Origin: Actinomycetes bacterium
GTDB lineage: Bacteria > Actinomycetota > Acidimicrobiia > Acidimicrobiales > SZUA-35
Assembly (NCBI GenBank): GCA_024276425.1
Contig: JAJRXF010000102.1
Coordinates: 20,536-84,535, forward strand
Direction of reading: 5' to 3'
DNA length: 64,000 nucleotides
Below are positions 1 through 8,184 of this stretch, piece after piece; within the stretch, counting starts at the first letter, position 1, and each line of letters starts with the position of its first letter. A program made the translations under genes and the position numbers. The notes beneath the pieces were generated by a model that saw only the letters and a program-made list of their open reading frames with translations, was not told the origin of the DNA and did not search any database.

Positions 1-2025
1 CTCGGCCAGGGCAGCCGTCGGCTCGACTCCCTCGGCGGTGATGCGAACCCGCACAGCGCGAGAGACTGGCAACTCGTCTCCATCGGAGAGCGAGCCGCTA
101 AATACCGTGTCCTGGGCAGCACCAGTATCTGCGGCCAGATCACCCAGGTACTTCACCAGAGCCTCGCGACGAACCGCTACGGTGGTGTCCGGCCACCCCA
201 TCTCCGCTACTGCATCTCCGTCGACGAGGACAACCACGTCGTCGGACTCAACCACGAAGCGAATAGTGGCCAGACTGTTTCCGTCGAATTCGGCTGGCAC
301 CTCGATTCTGACACGTTGTTCATATGCCTCAACTGGTGCTGGGGCTGAGTCCTCAGCGGTGGACTCCTCCGCCAGATTGTCGGTGTCATCACCGGGCTCA
401 CTTTCAGCATCGCCAGTATCGACATCAGGCTCGCCTGAAGCCCCGAGGCCATAGCTGTCAAGCAACGAGGAGAGTTCCAAACTCTCAACCTCGGCGTCCT
501 CAGCAGCCGCGTCCTCAGGGGCCGCGTCCTCAGGAGCCGCGTCCTCGGGTTTGGCAGGGTCGGTCCAAGTCGACTGGGCAAGAATTCCTTCAACTTCAGC
601 GATTCGCTGCCCAACCGAGATGGAAGACTCCTCAAACGCGCTCCGTGTGCCTTGGAGCGCAGTGCGCGCCGTCTCGAGTTCAACTTGCATGGCCTGCCAT
701 TGAGTCGACATGCGCTCAAGTTCGAGCTCCAGATCGATGCGGGCCTGATCTGCAATCCGCAGAGTTCCTTCTAGCTCTTCCTTTTCGGTCAAGAGTTGGT
801 CGCGCTCGGCCAAAAGCCGGCTCGCCTCGTCCTGGGACTCGCTCAAGGAACGCTCGATGGTTTCCCTCGTCGTAGTTGCCTCGGCCAGTTGGGCCGCAAC
901 AGCGTCAACATTCTCCTGCCCGGCCTGGATTTCTTCCGCATGACGCTCTGCCAGTTCAGCCAGATCAGCTTCATGCGACTGTCTAAGTTCAGTCATTGCG
1001 TTTTCGTGTGCCTGACGCAGCTCGGCGAGGGCGTCCTCATGAGCCGAGGTTGCAGCAAGAAGATCTGCTTCGTTGTCTTGACGAAGCTCCGCGAGTTCAT
1101 TCTCGTGAACTGCCTTCGCTTCTTTGAGGGCTGAGTCGATCTCGGCCGCGTGCTGCTCGGACTGAGCCGCCGCCGCTCCAAGAAGTTCTTGGAGTTCGAT
1201 GGCGTGGGCGTCCTTGGCCTGGCGCAAGGCGTCCTCTTGGGCCAGGGATATTACTTCGATGTCCTCGCTGGTTGTCTGTTCCTGAACCTTGGCTAGTTCG
1301 GCTTCGAGTTCGCTCGACCGCTCCTTGGCAGACTCCAACTCTTCTTGGAGGGCCAAGATCTCAGCTTCCAATCCGGCCAGTGCTTCGCTATCTGCGGAGG
1401 ACCCTTCCTTGGGACTCTCGAGGGGCGAATCAGGCACACTTGCCGTTGCTTGCTCCGGGGCAGAACTATCGGCGAGATCCTCAGGAGACACATCAGGGAG
1501 ATCTGCTGAAGAGGCAATCGTCTTTCGTTCGAGCGATAGTTGATCCACCAAACCACGCAAGTTCGCTAACTCCTCCTCGATCGAGGTCGCCGAAGCAAAC
1601 TCGCCTTTGGATGCCGCCGTACGCTCTGGAATAGGAAGCGGAGGAGCAGGAAACTGGCGCTTGTCTGGAGTTGGTGCTGGAGGCTTTGGGGGTCTGATGT
1701 TCGCGCCAGGAGCCGAAGGCTTGGGTTGCTCTTCGCTTTTTGCTTCGCTCGCGACTTCTGAGTCCCACTCTTGTGGCCGCGTGAGCCACAGGTAGCCCGC
1801 TCGTCCAACTCCCTGCTCGGTAGCCTCCGCTGCCACCCGGCGGCGAAAAGTCGGATCTTCTTCGATAGCCCGCTGGGCCACGGTCATAGCCCTACGAGGT
1901 AGTTGAGGCAGGTACAAAAAGGGCAGCATGGCGTCGGGCGGATCGACAGGTGGGACCGCCTTCTTGCCCTCTCTGGCAACAGCAAATGCCAATTCACACG
2001 CTGCGGCTAGCGGCTCAGCTTCCAT
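1..2025 (-). CDS. Large coiled-coil protein, 3' end truncated by the window edge. Acidic PEDAA repeats; C-terminal region weakly resembles a YacP/NYN domain
   Basis: Not in the ORF track because it runs off the window. Manual translation from ATG 2025 (AGGAG 9 nt upstream, in-frame TAG just before) is open to position 1: MEAEPLAAACELAFAVAREGKKAVPP... The middle is long A/E/L/Q-rich heptad-like sequence. The tail reads VVLVDGDAVAEMGWPD...TVFSG...VRVRITAEG. Confidence 0.7.
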   Translation of the reverse strand, partial: MEAEPLAAACELAFAVAREGKKAVPPVDPPDAMLPFLYLPQLPRRAMTVAQRAIEEDPTFRRRVAAEATEQGVGRAGYLWLTRPQEWDSEVASEAKSEEQPKPSAPGANIRPPKPPAPTPDKRQFPAPPLPIPERTAASKGEFASATSIEEELANLRGLVDQLSLERKTIASSADLPDVSPEDLADSSAPEQATASVPDSPLESPKEGSSADSEALAGLEAEILALQEELESAKERSSELEAELAKVQEQTTSEDIEVISLAQEDALRQAKDAHAIELQELLGAAAAQSEQHAAEIDSALKEAKAVHENELAELRQDNEADLLAATSAHEDALAELRQAHENAMTELRQSHEADLAELAERHAEEIQAGQENVDAVAAQLAEATTTRETIERSLSESQDEASRLLAERDQLLTEKEELEGTLRIADQARIDLELELERMSTQWQAMQVELETARTALQGTRSAFEESSISVGQRIAEVEGILAQSTWTDPAKPEDAAPEDAAPEDAAAEDAEVESLELSSLLDSYGLGASGEPDVDTGDAESEPGDDTDNLAEESTAEDSAPAPVEAYEQRVRIEVPAEFDGNSLATIRFVVESDDVVVLVDGDAVAEMGWPDTTVAVRREALVKYLGDLAADTGAAQDTVFSGSLSDGDELPVSRAVRVRITAEGVEPTAALAE
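506..550. repeat. 15-nt x3 in-frame tandem repeat (GCCGCGTCCTCAGGG) encoding PEDAA repeats in the coiled-coil protein
   Basis: Three adjacent near-identical 15-mers read directly from the sequence. Confidence 0.8.
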
Positions 2026-2183
2026 CTTGGTCTACTCCTGTACATCAGAGATCGCCGCGAATCCGGGAAGAACTGCGGTTGTCACTAACAAAGATCGGAT
2101 GCTCCGGTCCGAAATTCAGTAATCGGCCTCGGGAAGTGTCCCGCGAGGTGTTTTCAGGCCTGGAGGTATAGTCAGACTTGACA

Positions 2184-2199
2184 ACGAACATTTGTTCGA
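2184..2199. promoter_or_regulatory. LexA (SOS) box ACGAAC-ATTT-GTTCGA, preceded by TTGACA (2178-2183) and TATAGT (2167-2172)
   Basis: 15/16 match to the mycobacterial/actinobacterial SOS box TCGAAC-N4-GTTCGA. It overlaps the first candidate start of the downstream nuclease gene. Confidence 0.55.
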
Positions 2200-3865
2200 T
2201 TTCAGTGGTGGAGTGCACACCCCCTTCATCAGCCAGCGTTCATTCGACGACCTCGGTACGCCTCTATCTGAGGTTACCTTCTGCGTGCTCGATCTTGAAA
2301 CAACCGGAGCGAATGCCCAGAACTGCTACATCACCGAGGTTGGGGCGGTTAAAGTGCGTGGCGGCGAAGTACTGGGTACCTACCAGACCATGGTTAACCC
2401 TGGCACGGCCATTCCGCCCCATATCACCGTGCTCACGGGCATCACTGACTACCAAGTGCTTCGAGCGCCACCAATCAATGAGGTCCTACCAAGCTTTCTT
2501 GAGTTTGTCGGTGGGTCCGTCATTGTTGGTCACAACCTCCGGTTCGATGTCTCTTTTCTGGAAGCCGCTCTGCGCCGCTGGGGTGGACCCCTCATTGGCA
2601 ACCAAAGGCTGGACACCTTATCCCTAGCTCGTCGACTCCTGGTCGACGACGTGCCGAACTTCAAACTCGGTGAGCTTGCTCGCCGGCTTCGTCTGGACCA
2701 TCAGCCCTCTCACCGAGCCCTTGACGATGCGTTGGCCACGGTTGATCTGCTCCATCTCCTCATCGAGCGGGCCTCTTCTTGGGGAGTGACCGGAATCGAT
2801 GATTTGGTGGCCCTTCCCACCATCGCTGGCCATCCCCAGTGGAAGAAGTTGGCCATGACCACCAGCCTTCCTCACAAGCCAGGCGTCTATCAGTTCTTGG
2901 ATAGTTCCGGCGCCGTCTTGTACGTCGGAAAGGCCACCGACCTTCGTTCTCGGGTCCGCAGCTACTTCTCCTCGGATCGCCGCCGCAAGGTGGCCCAACT
3001 CCTCCGAGAGACCAGCCAGATTACCCACCAGGTTTGTGCCAATACCCTGGAAGCAGAACTGGTCGAACTTCGCCTGATCCGAGACCATCAACCCCGCTTC
3101 AACCGACGGGGCCGACGGAAAGCACGCTCGCATTTCGTTCGCCTCACCCTGGCTGAGCACTTCCCCAGACTCGCCATCGTGCACTCCGATACCGGGCCCG
3201 GTGTACATCTTGGCCCACTTCCCTCTCATAGAGAAGCCAGCGACGTCGTCCAGGCAATTCAGACCGCCCTACCGATTCGGCGCTGCACCTCCAAAACCCC
3301 CAAACGAGGAAACCTGAAGCCATCTCCTGGGTGCACAAACGCTCAACTCGGCCTCAACACATGTCCATGTAGCGGAACAATCAGTGAGCATGACTACACC
3401 CGCATCGTCCACGACGTCCTGGCCGCCATGACCGGATCATCCAATCTGGTGCTCACTCCACTCGATCAAAAGATGAAGAAACTCTCTGATGAGGAACGCT
3501 TTGAAGACGCCGCAGAGATTCGAAATCTGGCGTCCGCCTTTGTTCGGGCCCTTCGCCGTCAACGCCGACTCGACATGATGGATCGAATTGACCGCCTCGT
3601 TCTTGAAACATCCGCTGGTAGCCGAATCGAACTTGGCCGCGGTGGTCTGATGCGCGGCCTAGCCCATGGCTCTGAGACAGTCGACCTAGCCGAAACCCTG
3701 TGTGTGGCCTCCTGGCTGGAGCGCAATGCGGGAACGGTTCGGGTAGTGGAAACTGAGGGCACACTTGCCCTCACCTTGCCCCGGTTGCCGGACTATATCC
3801 CGGTCGAACCAAACGGAGCCCCCGCGCCAGAACTTGCGCGGCCTAGGTCTGGTCGACGCCGATGA
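2192..3865 (+). CDS. DEDDh 3'-5' exonuclease (DnaQ/epsilon-like) fused to a GIY-YIG (UvrC-like) nuclease domain; Rv2191-type architecture
   Basis: Exo motifs FCVLDLETTG, HNLRFDVSFL, HRALDDALATVDLL. GIY-YIG motif PGVYQFLDSSGAVLYVGKATDLRSRVRSYF. Start uncertain: TTG 2192 lies inside the LexA box and GTG 2213 is an alternative. Confidence 0.85.
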   Translation: MFDFSGGVHTPFISQRSFDDLGTPLSEVTFCVLDLETTGANAQNCYITEVGAVKVRGGEVLGTYQTMVNPGTAIPPHITVLTGITDYQVLRAPPINEVLPSFLEFVGGSVIVGHNLRFDVSFLEAALRRWGGPLIGNQRLDTLSLARRLLVDDVPNFKLGELARRLRLDHQPSHRALDDALATVDLLHLLIERASSWGVTGIDDLVALPTIAGHPQWKKLAMTTSLPHKPGVYQFLDSSGAVLYVGKATDLRSRVRSYFSSDRRRKVAQLLRETSQITHQVCANTLEAELVELRLIRDHQPRFNRRGRRKARSHFVRLTLAEHFPRLAIVHSDTGPGVHLGPLPSHREASDVVQAIQTALPIRRCTSKTPKRGNLKPSPGCTNAQLGLNTCPCSGTISEHDYTRIVHDVLAAMTGSSNLVLTPLDQKMKKLSDEERFEDAAEIRNLASAFVRALRRQRRLDMMDRIDRLVLETSAGSRIELGRGGLMRGLAHGSETVDLAETLCVASWLERNAGTVRVVETEGTLALTLPRLPDYIPVEPNGAPAPELARPRSGRRR

Positions 3866-4913
3866 GGCCAACCAGGGCCTCTAACTTCCCCTTTGCCCGT
3901 CCATCTTCGATTGCCGACCTTGCCTGCTGTAGTCCATGGGCAAGATCATCGGCAAGGCCTGCTACCACCAGCCCGGCGGCCGCATTCAAAGCCACGATGT
4001 CCGCCTTGGGACCAAGTTCCTCACCCGAGACAATCCGATGGAAGATATCTGCGTTCTCCTCGGCGTTCCCACCAGCCAGTGCGTCCATAGACGTGGGTGC
4101 AGCAACCCCAATTTCCTTGGTATCAATCTCCAGACGTTCCACCTCGCCAGTGATCACCTCAAAGATGACCGAGGGCCCCGTTGTGCTGATCTCATCAAGT
4201 CCTCCCGCTCCGGTGATGACCCAGGATTTTTCGGTTCCTGTTGCTGCGAGCACCTCAGCCAGTTGTCGAGCCAACGCCTCATTGGCGGTTCCGATGACCT
4301 GCCGCTTCACTCGCCCCGGGTGGGCGATCGGTCCGAGCAAATTGAAGACGGTGGGAACCCCGAGTTCGGCTCGGACTGGTCCGGCGTGTCGCATGGCTGG
4401 ATGGAAGAGGCGAGCTTGGGCGAAACCGAGTCCAACCTCTTCTAAACATCGTTCCAAGCGATCTGCTGGCAGCATCACCTCGAGCCCAAGCGAACTGAGG
4501 AAGTCCGACGATCCCGAAGTTGAACTCGCTCGGTAGTTGCCATGCTTGCAAACGACTGCCCCGGCGGCGGCGGCGACGAAGGACGCCATTGTCGACACGT
4601 TCAAGGCATGCTTGCGTCGATGGGCCGAGCCACCGGTGCCAACAATGTCAATGGCTCCATTAGGCACGCTTAAAGGAGCAGCGGCCGCCATCATCGAGCC
4701 CGCCATTCCCGCCATCTCCTCAACCGTTTCCCCCTTGACCTTCATGCCAAGGATGAGGCCGGCAATTTGGGCCTGAGTGGCGCGCCCGGCCAAGATGTCG
4801 CTGGTAGCCGCTGCTGCTTCCTGACCAGTGAGATCGGTACCGGCGGCAAGCTTGCTGTAGAGGGCGGGCCAGCCCCCATGGGCGGCGACGGAAAGAGCGA
4901 TTGAATCATTCAC
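3843..4913 (-). CDS. trpD: Anthranilate phosphoribosyltransferase
   Basis: GTGGS..ALNVSTMASFVAAAAGAVVCKHGNYRASSTSGSSDFL matches the TrpD signature (GTGGD..NiST..aAaaG..V.KHGNR..SS..GsaD). Confidence 0.9.
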   Translation of the reverse strand: MNDSIALSVAAHGGWPALYSKLAAGTDLTGQEAAAATSDILAGRATQAQIAGLILGMKVKGETVEEMAGMAGSMMAAAAPLSVPNGAIDIVGTGGSAHRRKHALNVSTMASFVAAAAGAVVCKHGNYRASSTSGSSDFLSSLGLEVMLPADRLERCLEEVGLGFAQARLFHPAMRHAGPVRAELGVPTVFNLLGPIAHPGRVKRQVIGTANEALARQLAEVLAATGTEKSWVITGAGGLDEISTTGPSVIFEVITGEVERLEIDTKEIGVAAPTSMDALAGGNAEENADIFHRIVSGEELGPKADIVALNAAAGLVVAGLADDLAHGLQQARSAIEDGRAKGKLEALVGLIGVDQT

Positions 4914-4965
4914 CCCCAGAAAGCTAGCCGCTGCAGGTCAATCCGGGGAACCAAGCTAGATTGAA

Positions 4966-5367
4966 GTGGTGCCTAAGATCGACTGGTTGACCATCCGCAC
5001 CGCCGCGACGGCCGGACTCATAATCATCATCCCTTCGGCGATCCTCAGTACTGTACTCATCGGCGAGAACGGATCGTTCGCGTGGTCTGCCCTGTTCGCT
5101 TTCCTGATCTTGCTTGGGTTCTTTGTGGCGGGATTCGGTGCCGGAAGGCTCCGATCGGACACTCCAATGATGCACGGTTCCATCGCGGCGATGAGTTGTT
5201 ATGCAGTGGTGCAGATCTTCGGGATTGGCCGTCGTTTAGTCGCCGGAGAGTCCATCAACCCAGTCAGCTACCCACTTTTTCTCATGATTGCTGCCACTTG
5301 TGGAATAGCGGGAGCAGTCTTCGCCGACTGGAGTGCTCGAAAGACCGCCCGCATGCAGCGTCAGTGA
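4966..5367 (+). CDS. Small integral membrane protein (about 4 TM segments)
   Basis: 133-aa ORF with a GTG start, hydrophobic segments throughout and a basic C-terminus. Confidence 0.6.
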   Translation: MVPKIDWLTIRTAATAGLIIIIPSAILSTVLIGENGSFAWSALFAFLILLGFFVAGFGAGRLRSDTPMMHGSIAAMSCYAVVQIFGIGRRLVAGESINPVSYPLFLMIAATCGIAGAVFADWSARKTARMQRQ

Positions 5368-5397
5368 CCCGGCCAAATATCCAGTAGCCTTCATGTC

Positions 5398-5817
<420 letters not shown>

Positions 5818-5859
5818 CTCGGGTGGCCCTTCATTCACCGGCGAGCCTTTCCTCGAAGC

Positions 5860-6183
5860 TCAGTCAATCGGAAGTCGAGCAAAAATCTCGACCTTGGCGT
5901 CCTCAAATTCTTCCTCAGTAATTTCGCCTTTTTCACGCTTTTTGTGGATCTCTTCGATCATGGCCAACAGTTCTGGAGCGGAGAGCTCGCCCTTACCTTC
6001 AAACATGGCGGCGACCGTCTCGCTTTGCCCCTCAATGGGATCTGGCTCGGAAGCCTCACCAGAAGAGAGCGGGCCATACGGGTTGTCTTCTTTGCCGTGG
6101 CGGCTCGCAAGCTTTGCCGCCTTCTTTGCTGCCTTTGCTCGGTCTCGCTGAAGTTTCGCGAAGCTCGATCGTTGTTTTCCCAT
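5860..6183 (-). CDS. Small basic/acidic protein with a SHOCT-like C-terminus
   Basis: Internal ATG 6183 is preceded by AAGGGAG (5-nt spacer). The C-terminus GEITEEEFEDAKVEIFARL resembles the SHOCT motif. The longer track ORF (to 6276) lacks an SD. Confidence 0.6.
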   Translation of the reverse strand: MGKQRSSFAKLQRDRAKAAKKAAKLASRHGKEDNPYGPLSSGEASEPDPIEGQSETVAAMFEGKGELSAPELLAMIEEIHKKREKGEITEEEFEDAKVEIFARLPID

Positions 6184-6388
6184 GGGAACTCCCTTCTTCG
6201 GCCCAAAGGGCCGGTCCTCCCCTGTCGAGGAGGGCCAAGACGACAAGCAGAAATGCCAGCCGATGGCTCTGTGCAAACGAACCGGCTAAACAACGCCGAT
6301 CATTATTGCAATTCAATCCGACCGATGAGCGTAGGAGCTTTCGGAGCATCCGCAAACGCGCGGTGGTGGGTTACCTATCGGTCCTCGG

Positions 6389-6961
6389 TCACCCCAGGTG
6401 GCCGGTCTGGTTGAAATTCTGGAGCGACGGACCACGATCGGTGATCTCAATTCGTGTAATCGAAGCTTGGCCAACCTTGCTTCTCGATAGTGCCATCGGG
6501 CCAACGCCCAAGGCCCAGCAAAGACTCGCCTTTACGGGAGAGACATGACTAACGATCACCAAATCAGCATCGAGCGCTGAGCTTGCCAGATCATCGAGGC
6601 CCCCTCGTACCCGCTCAAACATCTCTGCCATTGACTCCCCGTTTGGCGGTCGGTACTCCACATCGGAAAGCCACTGTTGCCAAACTTCTGCGGGGACAGA
6701 GGAAAGTGGCGCCAGATCGAAATCTCCGTAATCCACTTCAATGAAGCGGTCATCAATCTCGACCTCTACATCAAAGACCGACGCCGTCTGTCGGGCTCGA
6801 GCCAGCGGACTTGATACCACCCGATGGGGCCTAGGAAGAAAAGCCGCGATCTGATCGGCCTGCAGACGACCGAGATCGTCCAGGTCGGGATCGGCGTGAC
6901 CAAGGAGTAGCCCGCTGGCGTTGGCCTCGGTCCGCCCATGTCGAACAATCCACATCGTCAT
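6389..6961 (-). CDS. Histidine phosphatase family protein (phosphoglycerate mutase/CobC-like)
   Basis: N-terminal RHG motif MWIVRHGRTEAN. ATGA start/stop overlap with the upstream membrane protein gene. Confidence 0.85.
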   Translation of the reverse strand: MTMWIVRHGRTEANASGLLLGHADPDLDDLGRLQADQIAAFLPRPHRVVSSPLARARQTASVFDVEVEIDDRFIEVDYGDFDLAPLSSVPAEVWQQWLSDVEYRPPNGESMAEMFERVRGGLDDLASSALDADLVIVSHVSPVKASLCWALGVGPMALSRSKVGQASITRIEITDRGPSLQNFNQTGHLG

Positions 6962-7446
6962 GGCGATAGAACCGATCGGTCCAGTTGGCCGGTTCGCGTC
7001 AAAAGATCTCGATTCTGAGAGTCAGCCAAACCAAAACGGCGCCAGGCCCAAGCACCCGCAACAACGGCCAAGATCTCGAACCCAACTAGCACGCCGATCG
7101 AATGGTCCACTTCGGGGACTGGCCGGTCGCCAAAGCCGAGCCCAAAGGCTGGCCACCAGAACAGCGAAGCCCTGGTCCAGGACCCGTCCAAAACAAGATG
7201 GAACAATACGCCAATGGGCAGGCCAAGTAGACGTCGCCGAACAAGACGCTTGTTCTGGGTACCCGCCACTACGACACCGAGAAGAATGCTTGCCCCCACC
7301 AGCGTGTGAAGAACAAACGGGTGACCAAGCGCCACCTCGATTGCGGGAAGGACAGCACCGACGGCCACAATCCGATAGTCGATCATCGGACTGCGAAAGA
7401 CCCCGGCCACAAGTATGGGGACCAGGATGGCGAACCAGAGAAACAC
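6958..7446 (-). CDS. Integral membrane protein, possibly a YdjM/DUF457-like hydrolase (tentative)
   Basis: 162-aa hydrophobic ORF with His-containing loops (LGHPFVLHTL, FHLVLDG). Translationally coupled to the phosphatase. Confidence 0.55.
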   Translation of the reverse strand: MFLWFAILVPILVAGVFRSPMIDYRIVAVGAVLPAIEVALGHPFVLHTLVGASILLGVVVAGTQNKRLVRRRLLGLPIGVLFHLVLDGSWTRASLFWWPAFGLGFGDRPVPEVDHSIGVLVGFEILAVVAGAWAWRRFGLADSQNRDLLTRTGQLDRSVLSP

Positions 7447-7458
7447 AGCAGAGTCCGC

Positions 7459-8178
7459 TTATCGGATCAGAATGCGGCCACACTGGTCGCAGTTGATTAC
7501 CGCATCATCCGGTTGCCGCTTGATCTGATCAAAGGCAACGGCCGACATGGTCATGTGACAGCCATCGCAGGTATTGCCAACTAGACGGGCAACGGCAACG
7601 CCTCCTAAGTCCTCACGCAAGCTGTCATAGTCGGACAAGAGGTCGCTGGGGATTGCCTCAGCCATCGGACCTCTCTTTTCATTCAGCCGATCGATCTCGT
7701 CATCGATTTCCATCAAAGCAGCGGCCAAGGCAACTTCATATTCTGTCTTTGCCGCCACCAACGAGCGGATCGTTTCCTGAACCGGTGCGAGTTCCTCATC
7801 AACGCGCTCAATCTGTTCCATGATCTCTAACTCGTCGTCTTCGACGGACACCTGGCGTTCCCTGAGCATCTTGGCCTCGTCTTGGAGTGCCAGCAGGTCC
7901 TTTGTGGCCACAACCGAGCCGTCGTAGAGCTTGGCATCAATTTCACTCCGCCGAGATCCGATCCTTGAAACCTCGTCATCGAGGTCAGACTGTTGACTCT
8001 CAAGACTTGCCCGCCGCATGCCGATCTCGTCTGCTATTAGCTGGTTGCGATCAGTTTCGGCCTCTGTCTCACGGATCTTGGTGCGAATCGGATGATGGCC
8101 ACGCTTATGACGGAGTTGCAGAAGGGTCAGGTCAAGATCTTGGACGGCGAGAAGGTGTTCATACACCGATGTCGGCAT
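7459..8178 (-). CDS. Coiled-coil protein with a C4 zinc ribbon (COG1579 / zf-RING_7 family; Rv2229c-like)
   Basis: Coiled-coil body followed by CDGCHMTMSAVAFDQIKRQPDDAVINCDQCGRILIR at the C-terminus. Confidence 0.8.
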   Translation of the reverse strand: MPTSVYEHLLAVQDLDLTLLQLRHKRGHHPIRTKIRETEAETDRNQLIADEIGMRRASLESQQSDLDDEVSRIGSRRSEIDAKLYDGSVVATKDLLALQDEAKMLRERQVSVEDDELEIMEQIERVDEELAPVQETIRSLVAAKTEYEVALAAALMEIDDEIDRLNEKRGPMAEAIPSDLLSDYDSLREDLGGVAVARLVGNTCDGCHMTMSAVAFDQIKRQPDDAVINCDQCGRILIR

Positions 8179-8184
8179 CTTGTT

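Noticed and set aside
6195-6245. Two adjacent GC-rich hairpins (GGCCCUCCUCGACAGGGGAGGACC and CGGCCCUUUGGGCCG on the minus strand) just upstream of the SHOCT-like gene, considered as a riboswitch or attenuator
   Set aside because: No resemblance to any riboswitch class I can recognise and no U tract. They are too short to evaluate and are probably simple stabilising or terminator-like structures after the phosphatase gene.
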